Shown here piece by piece: positions 1 to 15,682 of a DNA stretch of 64,000 bases. The position numbers were made by a program, and so were the translations under genes. The first letter of the stretch is position 1. The number at the start of each line of letters is the position of its first letter. Under the pieces are notes generated by a model, which saw only the letters and a list, made by a program, of their open reading frames with translations, was not told where the DNA came from and did no database searches. Where the stretch lies: the NCBI RefSeq assembly GCF_009914755.1, contig NC_060926.1. One strand, 5' to 3'. Origin of the DNA: the human T2T-CHM13v2.0 reference genome, Homo sapiens.

Positions 1-170
1 AAATACAAAAATTAGCCGGGCATGATGGTGGGCGCCTGTAACCTCAGCTACTCAGGAGGCTGTGGCAGAAGAATCGCTTAAATCTGGGAGGGGGAGGTTG
101 CAGTGGGTAAAGATCGTGCCATTGCACTCAAACCTGGGTGACAGAGTGAGACTACGTCTCAAAAAAAAAA
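1..170 (+). mobile_element. Alu (right part, cut by window edge)
   Basis: Middle A-rich linker, right monomer and poly(A). Confidence 0.95.
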
Positions 171-171
171 G

Positions 172-479
172 GGTCAGGCGCGGTGGGTCATGCCTGTAAT
201 CCCAGCACTTTGGGAGGCCGAGACGGGTGGATCACGAGATCAGGAGATCGAGACCATTCTGGCTAACATGGTGAAACCCCGTCTCCACTACAAATACAAA
301 AAAAAAAAAAATTAGCCAGGCGTGGTGGTGGGCGCTTGCAGTCCCAGCTACTCAGGAGGCTGAGGCAGGAGAATGGCATGAACCTGGGAGGCGGAGCTTG
401 CAGAGGGCAGAGATCATGCCACTGCACTCCAGCCTGGGCGATACAGCGAGACTGTCTCAAAAAAAAAAAAAAAAAAAAA
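172..479 (+). mobile_element. AluY-like
   Basis: gagatcgagaccattctggctaac and gaatggcatgaacc...ggagcttgcag are Y-type; poly(A) tail. Confidence 0.9.
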
Positions 480-492
480 GAACACGTAAGGT

Positions 493-748
493 AGGTCAGG
501 AGTTCGAGACCAGCCTGGCCAACATGGTGAAACCCCATCTCTACTAAAAATACAAAAAAAAAAAAAAAAAATTAGCTGGGCATGGTCGTGGGTGCCTGTA
601 ATCCCAGCTAGTCAGGAGGCTGAGGCAGGAGAAGTGCTTGAACCCACGAGGCGGAGGTTGCAGTTGCAGTGAGCCAAGACCACACCATTGCACTCCAGCC
701 TGGGCAACAAGACTGAAGCTCCATCTCAAAAAAAGAAAGAAAAAAAAG
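493..748 (+). mobile_element. AluS, 5'-truncated
   Basis: Begins at aggtcaggagttcgagaccagcctggcc; 6-bp internal duplication gttgcagttgca. Confidence 0.9.
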
Positions 749-1773
749 GTAAAAGTAAAAAAGATGGAAAAAGTTAGACATACAAACACTAGTCAAAAGA
801 AAGCTGGAGTGGCTAGATTAATGTTAGACCAAGTTGATTGCACAGGGATAGTGCATTTCATAATGACAAAGGGGTCAATTCACCCAGAAGACATAAAAAT
901 CCTAAATGTTTATGCACATAGATCTTCAAAACACATGAAGCAAAAACTGATAGAATGGTAAGGAGAAATAAAGAAACTTCCAATTATGGCTGGAGATTTC
1001 AATACCTCTGTTTCAATAATTGGTAGAGCACGAAAATAGAAAAATAATTAAGGATATAGAAGATTTCAACATTATCAACAGACATGGCCTGAAAGAGTCC
1101 ACCCAAGAACAGAACACACTATTCAAGTGCATGCCCATGGAAGATTTACCAAGGTAGATCATATTCTAGGTTATAAACCAAGTTTCAATAAATTTTACAA
1201 GATTAGAATCATGTTAAGTATCTTCTCTGGCCACAATGAAATTAAATTGGAAATCAATAATAGACTTCTGGGAAATCCTCAAATGCTTATAAACTTGATA
1301 ACACACTTCTAAAGAAGCCATGGGTCAAGAAGAAATCAAAGGGACATTACAAAGTCTTCTTTGGATTGAATGAAAATGAAAACACAACATATCAGAATGT
1401 TGGAGGTATCGTTAAAACAGCCGTTAGGGGAGAATTTATAGCACTAAGTGTCCAAATGAGAAAAAAATAGAGGTCTCAAATCAATGTCCTCAGCTTACAC
1501 ATTAAGAAACTAGAAAAAAGAGACCAAATTAAACCAAACTAAGCAAAAGAAAGGAAATAATGAAGATCAAAGCAGAAATCAGTGGAACAGAAAACAGAAA
1601 AATAATAGAGAAAATGAATGAAACTGAAAGCTGGTTATTTGAGAAGATCAATAAAATTGATAAACTTACTACCAGATTGTTTAAAAAAAAAGACTCAAAT
1701 TATCAATCAGGAATGAAAGAGGTGACTTCCTTAGATATTCTGAAAATATTAACAGGAACATAAGGAATATTTT

Positions 1774-2515
1774 TGTGGTGTTATGATGTATATTGGTTTT
1801 CATCCACAGTTTCTGGCACATAACTCCCATAGCCCTTGTTACAGTCTTTTGTTGGGTGTATTAGGCCTCAGGGGCAGGCCTCTGACCTGCCCTCTTCACT
1901 TGCTCCAAGGCAGGACTCTAATGTTCCCCTGCCTCTCTCATTGTGGGTCTTAAGACCCTCCTATGTGAACTCCCACCCTGTGCTCTGGGGGAAGGAATCC
2001 TTCCATTAAAAAACGAGAGGACAGGGTTCAGGGAGCTTCCAGATAGCTGAACATGTGGAGGTTCCTGCACAGTGGCACCCAGGAAGGGCATGGAAGCTCC
2101 GCACCCCTTTCCCCATACCTCACCCTACGCATTTCTTCATCTGTATCCTGTGCCTTATCCTTTATAATAAACTGGTAAACTAAGTAAGTGTTTCCCTGAG
2201 TTCTGTGAGCCACTCTAGCAAATTAGTCAAACCCAAAGAGGGGGTCACTGGAACCCTGACTTGAAGCCAGTCAGAAGTTCCAGAGGCCTGGATTTATGAC
2301 TGGTGTCTCAGAGTGTGGGACCGAACCCCCAACCTGTGGGATCTGACACTAGCTCCAGGTAGATGGTGTCAGAACTAGATTAGAGGACACCCGGCTGGTG
2401 TCTGCTGCTTGGTATGTGGAGGAAAGTCCCCACACATTTGGTCACCGAAGGCTTCTGTGTTGATGACTGTCATGGTGTGAGAGCAGAAGAAAGCACGAAT
2501 AGTTTCCCCTACACA
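1774..2515 (+). mobile_element. ERV1 solo LTR, MER21 family
   Basis: TG...CA ends; MER21-type blocks (gagcttccagatagctgaacatgtggagg, tttccctgagttctgtgagccactctagcaaatt); L1 sequence resumes on both sides. Confidence 0.8.
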
Positions 2516-3001
2516 ATTGTGAACAACGTTATGCCAATAAGTTTGACAACCCAGACAAAATGCACAAATTCCTTGAAAGACCCAAACTAGCAGAGTTCTC
2601 TCGAGAAGTAGGTTACCCGAATAGTTCTATATGTGTTAAAGAAATTGAATGCGTAGTTAAAAATCTTCCCAATAAGACAGATCTAGCGAATTCTACCAAA
2701 CATTGAAAGAAGAAATAATAGCAATTCCACACAAATTATTCAAGAAAATTGAAGAGAAGGATACATTTTCCAACCCACTTTATGAGACCAGCATTACTTT
2801 AATATTAAAGTCAGATAAAAGACATTATAACAAAACTACGGGCCAATACTCATAATGACGAAAAAATTTAAACAAAATTTTAGCAAAGTGAATTCAACAG
2901 TATATAAAGGGGGGATTTATTCCAGGATTGCCACGTTGGTTCAATATTCAGAAATGAATCAATCTTCCAGAAATTTTTCCAGATTAAAAAAAAAAAATCA
3001 A

Positions 3002-3175
3002 GCTAGGTGTGGTGGCATGCACCTCTAGTCCTAGCTACTTGGGAGGCTGAGGCGGAAGGAGGGCTTGAGACCAGGAGTTTTCCGGCTGCAGTGCACTGTA
3101 ACCATGCCTTAGAATAGCCGCTGCGCTCCAACCTGGGCAACACAGCAAGGCCTCATGTCTGAAAAAAATAAAAAT
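3002..3175 (+). mobile_element. FAM (fossil Alu monomer)-like
   Basis: Monomer retaining 7SL-derived ...gccttagaatagccgctgcgctccaacctgggcaac; A-rich tail. Confidence 0.75.
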
Positions 3176-3528
3176 AAATGAATCAATATAGTCATTTTAA
3201 CAAATTAAAACAGAAAACCTAGATGATAACCTCAATCGATACGGAAAACACATTGACAAAAATCCAACATCCACTCCTGATCAAAAACTTTTGGCAAAGA
3301 ATAATTAGAAGGGAACATCCTCAACCTGATTGGTGAAGGACGTGTATGAAAAACCTGCAGCCAAAATTATACTTAAAGTGATAGACTGATGATTTCCTCC
3401 CATGCTTGGGAATAAGACAAGGATGTGAGATCTCACCTCTTCTAGGCAACATTGTATTGAGGTTTCTAGCTAGTGGGGTTAGGCAAGAAAAAGAAACAGA
3501 AGATAGCCATGCGATAAAAGAAAAAGTA

Positions 3529-3836
3529 GGCTGGGTGTGGTAGCTTATTCCTGTAATCCCAGCACTTTGGGAGGCCAAGGCAGGAGGATCAATGGAGCCC
3601 AGGAGTTTGAGACCAGCCTAGGCAACATGGTGAGAACTTGTCTTTACAAAAAATTAAAAAGTTAGCCAGGCTGGTGTTGTGCGCCTGTGGTCCAAGCTAC
3701 TCAGGAGGCTGAGGCAAGAGTATCACTTGAGCCCCGGAGGTTGAGGCTACAGTGAACTGTGTTCACGCTACTGCATTCCAGCCTGGGTGACAGAGCAAGA
3801 CCTTGTCTCAGAAAAACAATAAAAGAAACAAAAAAG
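3529..3836 (+). mobile_element. AluJ
   Basis: ggaggatc...gagcccaggag and gaggttgaggctacagtga are J-type. Confidence 0.9.
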
Positions 3837-3920
3837 TAAAAGTAAAATTGTCTTTATTTGCAGACAACCTGATCATCTATACAGAAAGCTGACACAATCT
3901 ATTAAAAGGTACTAGAACTG

Positions 3921-4679
<759 letters not shown>

Positions 4680-4791
4680 TTAAAATATGCCACTAATAGC
4701 AACATCAAAAAAATAAAATACTTATGGATACATTTATCAAAAGATGTAAGAAGACCTGTACATTGAAAACTACAGAACACTGATGAGCAAA

Positions 4792-5126
<335 letters not shown>

Positions 5127-5424
5127 TGACCTAAATTAATGGAAAGATCAAATTGATCCATAGATTCAGTGCAATTACAAATACAATCCCAAGAGGCTTT
5201 TCTGCAGAAAATTACAAACTGAATCTAAAATTTACATGGAAATTCAAATGACCTAGAATACTAAGAACCATTTTAGAAGAGAAGATCAAAGTTGAAGGAC
5301 TAACATTACCCAATTTCAAGACTTATTTTTAAAAATTTTGGTATGTAATAATAAAAAGTAAAAAAAAGAATGACATGAAAAGATATGATCCTTGAAAAGA
5401 TAAAATAAAAATTCTAAATATGTA

Positions 5425-5900
5425 TTTTTTAAAATTGATATATTATAGTTGTACGTATTTGGGGGGTACACGTGATATTTTGTTACATGCATACAATGTG
5501 TAGTGATCAGATGGGGCAATTGAGATATCCATCACCTCAAACATTTATCTTTTCTTTATGTTGAGAATATTCATTATTCTAGCTATCTTGAAATATACAT
5601 TATTGTTAACTATAATCACCCTAGGGAACTACTGAACACTAGATCTTATTCCTTCTATCTAACTGTATTTTCGTACCCATCAATCAATCTCTCTTCATCC
5701 CTCTCTTCCCATCCTCTCAGCCTCTGGTCACCACCAATCTGCTGTCTCCATGAGATCCACTTTTTTAGCTTCCACATATGAGTGAGAACATTCGATATTT
5801 GCCTTACTGTGCTTGGCTTATGTCACTTAGCATAATGATCTCCAGTTCCATCCATGTTGCCGCAAATGTTGGGATTTCATTCTTTGTTATGGCTGAATGC
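5425..5900 (-). mobile_element. L1MA-type 3' end inserted antisense into the older L1
   Basis: Typical reverse L1 3'UTR (ggggtacacgtgatattttgttacatgc...tttttagcttccacatatgagtgagaaca...ccatccatgttgc). Confidence 0.8.
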
Positions 5901-6308
5901 TGTTTTCAGTTTTGACTTCTTATGCAACTACAATAATCAAGACAGTGTGATACTGATGTGAAGAAAGAAAATGGATCAATGGAATAGAACAGAGAGACTG
6001 GAAATGGATTTTCAATGAAGATACAAAGGCAGTTCAGTAGAGAAAGGATCATCTTTTCAACAAATGGTGCTGGAAAATTGAATATTCATAAGGCAGAAAA
6101 AATTAACTTCAACCCATACATTGCACCATATATAAAAATTAACTCAAAATAAATCATAGACGTCAATGTAAAACCCAAGATTATGAATCAACTTCTAGAA
6201 GAAAGCATAGGAGAAAACCTTTTTGACCTCGAGTTAGACAAAGATTTCTTAGAAACGGTAACAAAAGTACAATCTATAAAAAGGTAAATTGATAAATTGA
6301 ATTTCATC

Positions 6309-6910
6309 TGTTGGGGCTCAGAAAACAATACCCCAAAGTGAAGACCTCAGCAGCAGCCTCAGAAGCAAAAGTTTTTCTCTGTCCTTCTTCTTCCCTCTTA
6401 TCTCTCAGTCCCATTCTGTCCCGAGGCTAGCCGTAGAAACTAGAAATCTCTCTTCCCTAAAGTGGGTCATGGAAACCAGAACCTCTTCTCCCCAAAGCTA
6501 CTTATAAAACCTAAAAATATACTCTAATTTTCCATCCACCTTTCTGCATAAAAGCTGATCATAAAGAAACTATCTGACCTATCCTGTTTATACCTGTCAT
6601 AAGACCCCCCGCTCCATCCCAGAGAGGAAGGAATGCATGCTCAGAGAGGCCAAGAAGAATGTAGACACACAGGCCATACTGGGTTTCCTTAACTCAGTCT
6701 ATTAGCATTAGATCATATTCTTTTTGTCCAATCATACTTCCTCACAGCTGTCTGTACTTTGTTGAACCGAAACATCAAAATGGACAATTTCTCCTGTATC
6801 TTTGGGTCTTCATTCTGAAGGCTCCTGTGTATACATGCTAAATACATTCGTGTGCCTTTTCTCCTATTTATCAATCTGCTTCATGTCAGTAATTTTCAAC
6901 GAACCTCAGA
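6309..6910 (+). mobile_element. ERV1 LTR, MER39-like
   Basis: Starts tgttggggctcagaaaacaataccccaaa...gcctcagaagcaaaag; 3' end appears truncated. Confidence 0.65.
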
Positions 6911-7003
6911 AAACAATCAAAAGGAAACACTTTGGCTCTTTGACACGCTGTTAAAAGAACAAAGGCAGGCTACAGACTGAGAGACAATCTTTGCAAACCA
7001 TAT

Positions 7004-7379
7004 TTCTTTTTTTTTTTTGAGATGGAGTTTTGCTCTTGTCGCCCAGGCTGGAACGTGATCTCGGCTCACCGCAACCTCCATCTCTTGAACCCAAGAGGTT
7101 GAGGCTGCAGTGAACTGTGATGGCGTCATTGCACTCCAGCCTGGGGGACAGAGTGAGACACTGTCCTAAAATAAATAAATAAAAAGCCTGAAAGGAGATA
7201 TGTCCTGAGTAGCTGGGATTACAGGCATGTGCCACCACGCCCGGCTAATTTTGTATTTTAGTGGAGTTGGGGTTTCTCCATGTTGGTCAGGCTGGTCTCG
7301 AACTCCCGACCTCAGGTGATCCACCCGCCTCAGCCTCCCAAGGTGCTGGGATTACAGACATGAACCACCATGCCCAGCC
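7004..7379 (-). mobile_element. AluS with an internal inverted AluJ-derived replacement
   Basis: TSD tgcaaaccatatttct on both sides; 7085-7203 is a plus-strand Alu 3' end plus non-Alu sequence. Confidence 0.85.
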
Positions 7380-7470
7380 TGCAAACCATATTTCTAAAAA
7401 AGGACTTGTATCTAGAATACATAATGAACTCTCAAAGCTCAACAGTAAGAAAATAAAATACCCAAACTTA

Positions 7471-7942
<472 letters not shown>

Positions 7943-8159
7943 CTATATAGTCAGTGAAGGTATACGCATGTTATTTAGGAATGTAGAATAAATACAAACG
8001 TTTGAGTGGTTGCCTCTGAGAATGAGGTTGGTTGGTAGATAGTGGTAGGGCAGGTCCTGCTGTTTTTTGTTGGAGGTCTTATAGTATTATTACTATACTT
8101 AAAGCAAAACTGTGTATATATATTACTTTCATAAGAATAAAATTTTAATAAAAGAGAAA

Positions 8160-8400
8160 AACATAGCAGGTGAATGTGAAAGTATAGCAATATTACTATC
8201 AGATAAGTAATCTCAAGGCAAAAACTTATAATTAACAAAGAGGGATGTTGCATAGTGGTAAAAAATACTATGCATGAAGACGATAACAAATTTCCATAAA
8301 CACTTAACGTTTCTAACAACATATCTTCAAGACATATAAAGCAAAATGATAGAAATATATATTCACAAACTTACACTATGGGGAAATCAACATACAAACA
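8160..8400 (+). mobile_element. Very old L1 endonuclease-region fragment
   Basis: Degenerate similarity to L1 ORF2 5' region (gtatagcaatattactatcagataag...tcttcaagacatataaagcaaaa). Confidence 0.55.
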
Positions 8401-8404
8401 AACA

Positions 8405-8699
8405 GGCCTGGGGAGGAATCACCGCCTGTAATCCCAGCTCTCTGGGAGGCTGAGGCAGGAGGATTGCTTGAGGCTAAGAGTTTCAGACTAGCCTGGGCAA
8501 CAAAAAAGAGATCTCTACCCTGCCCTGCCCTTCCTGTCTCTACAAAAAATTGAAAAATTAGCCAGTCGTGGTGGCAAGTACCTGTTGTTCCAGCTGTTTG
8601 GGAGTCTGAAGCAGAGGGATCGCTTGAGTCCAGGAGTTCCAGCCTGCAGTGAGCCGTGATTGCAGCACTGTACTCTGTCCTGGGCAGCAGAGCGAGACC
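8405..8699 (+). mobile_element. AluJ, tail missing
   Basis: Diverged dimer ending at gagacca. Confidence 0.85.
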
Positions 8700-8794
8700 A
8701 ATAGATTTCACAGTAACAGTGTACAAAATATTCATTGTTAGGTTTCAGATTCCATATTGCAAATAACTTTTAAGAAACTACCACTTGCACTTAG

Positions 8795-9129
<335 letters not shown>

Positions 9130-9142
9130 TGGTTTGCTTTTT

Positions 9143-9260
9143 AGAGATGAGGTGTCTTGCTACATTGCATAGGCTGGACTTGAACTCCTAGGCTCAAGTG
9201 ATCCTCCCACCTCAGCTTCCCCAGTAGCTGGGACTACAGGTGTGCACCACCAAGCCTGGC
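9143..9260 (-). mobile_element. FLAM_A-like Alu monomer
   Basis: Single diverged monomer. Confidence 0.75.
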
Positions 9261-9271
9261 TTAAAATGCTA

Positions 9272-9580
<309 letters not shown>

Positions 9581-9924
9581 TAAAATTCTCCATTTTCCAC
9601 CTACATATATGTGTAGTATCCATTTTTTTCATATACTTCAGCCAAAGCAATATAACAACAGACTGACTGCAAACAGATATGAGAATCCAGCTGTCTTTTA
9701 TTAAGTCAGATATTACAGAGATTTGCAAAGATGCAAAACAAGTCTACTCTTCTCACTGTTTTATTTTATTTTGGGAAAATATTATTTTCATAAAAATATT
9801 TTATTTCTATTAGTATGTAATATGCTCATTATTGTGATATATAGTTATATTTAATGTTATATATATTTTTTTATATTATATTAATGTCTATAATTATTTA
9901 CATATTTAAAAAATAAAGTTGTTA

Positions 9925-10238
<314 letters not shown>

Positions 10239-10279
10239 GAATGTAAATAGATCCCGAGACCAAAAAGCTTAAGCACTAG

Positions 10280-10800
10280 AATAACACAATTAATAAGCTT
10301 GATTTAACATATTATATATTATAATTATACACAATTATAATATGCTGTTATTATTATATATTTTGTAACAAATAGAGAATACTTTTTATTTTCAAACATT
10401 CAAGGAACATTCCTGATAATTGACCATGTATCATCAAGAAATGTGAATTGCTTGATTGTATCATCAAGCAATCAAAAAAATTGAAACAAATTACAAAAAC
10501 AAATTACAGGGACTCCATTACACCATGATACAATAAAGCTAAAAGAGAACAATCAGTAGAATAGCCAAAAAACAAACAAACAACAAGCAAACAAAAAAAC
10601 CCACGCCTACTCTCTTAGAAAACTAAAAACACCCTTTAAATAACTCTTGGGTTAAATAGATAATCAAAACTAAAGTTACAAATTACTTAGAAAATTAATG
10701 ACAATGAGAACACTTTATATCAGAATTGGTGGGAGGCAATTAAAGACCAATTGAAAGACAATTAGTCGTTTCAAAAGCTTTTCACAAAAGGGCAAGAATT
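10280..10800 (+). mobile_element. Old L1 ORF2 fragment
   Basis: ttttcaaacattcaaggaacattc...aattgaccat; taaataactcttgggttaaa...gacaatgagaacac...tatcagaatt. Confidence 0.6.
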
Positions 10801-11146
10801 GGAAACAACTGTACAAAATAACTGCACAAAACAACTGAAGATGGAGAAAAAGACGACTCTTAGAGATGTCAGAAAAAGTCGTCTCTAAAAAGTTATTTTG
10901 ATCTCACTCTCTCCAAAATCAAACAAAAAAATGTTAAGGAAAATATGTAGAAAACCCAGTCTTCTACAAAACTAGAAAATGTGCACAACCTCAAACCTCA
11001 ATCATGAAGAATGCTTGGCATCTACGATGAAATCAGGATCAATCTGAAGGCTCAGCACTCAGTGATTATTTGGCTATTTGGAGAAGTAAACATTTGTGGG
11101 TGGAGTTAATGGGGAGGAGGTGGGGCTTAAGATTTTGAGGTCTTAG

Positions 11147-11451
<305 letters not shown>

Positions 11452-11527
11452 AGGCCCTGTGCTTTAATCACACCTGCCCACTCTCCACTCTCCACTCTCC
11501 ACGGAGAATCTGTCTCAGTGCGACTCA

Positions 11528-11905
<378 letters not shown>

Positions 11906-13455
11906 AGTGGAGAATGGTGGACTGTTCCCAAACTTTATTGCCAAGAGGTTTACAGTATTTAGGAATTTAAGGAATCAAGAAACTTTGGATAATGTGTTCA
12001 TCCCAGTGAAGAGATCCACTTCAGTGTGGCCAAATTCTGACCCATGAATAATGGATCCAGGTCAGCAGGTGACAGAACTTGCACTGTTCCATTTTTAATG
12101 ACACTGCTTACATAGCCACCTTCCAGGCCTGGCCAAAGAAGAGTCTTAGCCTGTTTAAAATTGGAAAGGATCTGGTCTCAACATATCCCCTCTCGTTCTC
12201 TCTCAAAGCTGCCAGGAAATGAGGGGTGCCCCTCTTTCTATGTCTTTTACCACTGTGTGCAGACTGTCAACACTCACACTGCTTTCTCAGAGCAGAGCTT
12301 TATGCAGGCATATTGGTGTAACAACACTTTGTGTGCTACATCCAACTGGTATCACAATGAGGTCACATTTTACTTTTGTAGCCAGCTAAGATGGCCTTAA
12401 GCCACCACTTGGGATGTCCCTTCAGGGGTTCTGGGAATGCCCAGGGTTTGGACTCAGATAGCTCAGGAACCAGTCTGCTTGGATTCTTCCACTTAGTTTG
12501 AAAAAGCTTCCAGGTATGGTGCCCCTGTGATACCAGCGAGATTATGTACAGGCACCCCTGCTGCCCATCTCTACCGGAACTAGCGCGAGTTTTCAAGCAC
12601 AGAGAATTTTCAAACCATATTTAGGCAACACGCGCCGCCATACCCACAACCCGCACCCCCAACACCCACACACACCCAAAACAAAAATCACTGCCTAAGG
12701 AAACAAATTCTGAAGAGATTTGACTCTGCAAAGCATAGACACCCTATTACATTATTACAGAAAGCAATTTAGCTCAAACATTTCCTGCTTAATATTTGCA
12801 TAAAATTAATGAACCAGGCAGGTGTTTTTCCAAGAACAAAGGGAGATTGAGTCTTTGGTTTATTGCAAAACAGAAAACTGCTCCCAGCTTTGAAATGACA
12901 GCTTTTTAAATTTTTGTTTTTCTGGCTTCTACCAAGCTGTGGGTAGCCTCCCCCAGCAATCTCTAAAAGGAGGCAGCTCCTTCCAAGCACTTAGAGTGTG
13001 TCTGGGAACTTAGCCTGAGGCATTGGCAGGAGAAGCTGTGTTAGCCCTCAGCACCTGCCCCAGGGATCTCTCCTGCCTTCTCTCAGGCCTGCAGGGTCTC
13101 CATTTCTCCAGAATAATTCATTAGAGGAAGTGTCTTGGTGAGATTTGGGTGCTTGTGCTCAATCATAGTTTGCCAAGGTAGAACTCATTCATCTACTGGG
13201 TATGGCCTCTGCTGGGAACTGAGGGCTACAAAAATGAACAATGCAGGACAGGATATTTGCATGGTGCCAACATGTTACTCTATGAGTTATTTATTAATTG
13301 CAAGGGAGATATCTGGTGATCAGAACTTTAACCATGCAATCAAATGTAGGTCACTAAGAGTGGGACACCTGACATGACATGGTATGCCCTAGGAAGTATA
13401 AAGCATCACCTATGAAATCATTTTACCAAAATGGCTTAACCTGAATCATCCAACC

Positions 13456-13634
13456 TTTATTTATTTACTTTATTTATTCATTACTGTCTTTTTCAGACGA
13501 GGTCTCACTCTGTTGCCCAGGCTGGAGTGCAGTGGCACAATCATGGCATAAGTGATCTTCCCAGACTCAAGTGATCCTCCCCACCTCAGCCTCCCAAGTA
13601 GCTGGGACTACAGGCATGAGCCACTGTGCCCAGC
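13456..13634 (-). mobile_element. Alu monomer or internally deleted AluJ
   Basis: Reverse Alu segments with A-rich tail. Confidence 0.8.
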
Positions 13635-13699
13635 CCCAACCTCAATTTAATAGGAAGCATAGGTGATAAAGGAACCAAGTAAATTGCACCACACACACA

Positions 13700-13812
13700 C
13701 GCTGAATCAAGCTTGCTTGGGTTGGAATCTTGGCTCTCCATATATTAGCTGTGAGCCCAGAGGGAAGTAGCTCAGCTTCTCTGAGACTCGGTTTTCTCTT
13801 CAGTAAAATGTG
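13700..13812 (+). mobile_element. MIR fragment
   Basis: gggttggaatcttggctctccatattagctgtgagcc...ctctgagactcggttttctcttcagtaaaatg matches the MIR core. Confidence 0.6.
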
Positions 13813-13879
13813 TGTACTCAGATATAACAGAGCCTTTTTAGGCAGCTCAGATCTGGACTTAATGATTAATGATGCGTTA

Positions 13880-14242
<363 letters not shown>

Positions 14243-14692
14243 TTAAAAGACAAATGGCTTGAATTCTTCAAAAAGTCAACATCATAAATTATAAAAATAG
14301 TTTAGGGATTGTTCTTGTAGGGGCCAAGGCAAAACTTATCCTTCAGCCTCTGAAGATTCACAGAAAATCAGCTGACAAAAAGCAGATTAATAGGAGAAAG
14401 GGCATATTAGAATTTTTTTAACATGCATAGCACCAAGGAATCACAGGAGAGAATGATTACCCAATAACCCAGTAGGGTACAGAAGCTTGTGTACCCTTCT
14501 TCATAAGGGAGTGGGGGGACAATTCTTTTGAGGGGCAGTAAATGATTTTCAGGGAAAATGAATGAGTCCAAAGACCAGTGGCCTGGGAACAAGTTTCCCT
14601 GGGCTCTGGGGGAGGTGACAGCACAGGTTATGGAGGAGGATGTCAAGCAAAAGCTGTCTTATTATGCAGATGGAAATATCTCAGGTCGTCTC

Positions 14693-15070
14693 TGATATGG
14701 TTTAGCTCTGTGTCTGTACCCAAATCTCATCTCGAATGGTTATCTCCATAATTCCCACATGTCGAGGGAGGAACCAGGTGGGAGGTGATGGGATCATGGG
14801 GGCATTTTCCCTTATGCTGTTCTCATGACAGTGAGTGAGTTCTCATGAGATCTGATGGTTTTATAAGGCACTTTTCCCTGCTCTTGCTCGGTCTCTCTTT
14901 CCTGCCACCATGTGAAGAAGATCTTTGCTTCTCCTTCACCTTCTGCCGTGATTGTAAGTTTCCTGAGGCCTCCCCAGACATGTGGAACTGTGAGTCAATT
15001 AAACCTCTTTTCTTTATAAACCACCCAGTCTTGTGCATTTCTTTATAACAGTATGAAAATGGACTAAACA
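14693..15070 (+). mobile_element. THE1 (MaLR) solo LTR
   Basis: tgatatggttt...aaatctcatctcgaat...ggactaaaca; perfect 5-bp TSD gtctc. Confidence 0.9.
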
Positions 15071-15307
15071 GTCTCGGAGCTGCCCTCAAAAAGGATAGAT
15101 GGTAGCCTGTGATTGACATAACCTTTTCTAGATCTGGAAAAAGGATGAGTGGAGGCACTCAGAGGAAGCATGACTGTTCATTTCACTAACCTAGATTTTT
15201 CTGTATAAATGCAAATCTCTCCTACAAAAGGCAGCTTTTCAGGGCTATTCCTTTCTGCAGGTCCTCTGAATAGCTGTCTCAGAATATGTCAAAGAAGTAT
15301 ATTTTGG

Positions 15308-15682
<375 letters not shown>

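Noticed and set aside
638-1763. L1 endonuclease-like ORFs
   Set aside because: Frameshifted, stop-ridden fragments of an ancient L1; not functional.
10844-10890. gaaaaagacgactct / gaaaaagtcgtctct quasi-repeat with an 8-bp inverted match
   Set aside because: Too short to distinguish from chance or a trivial local duplication.
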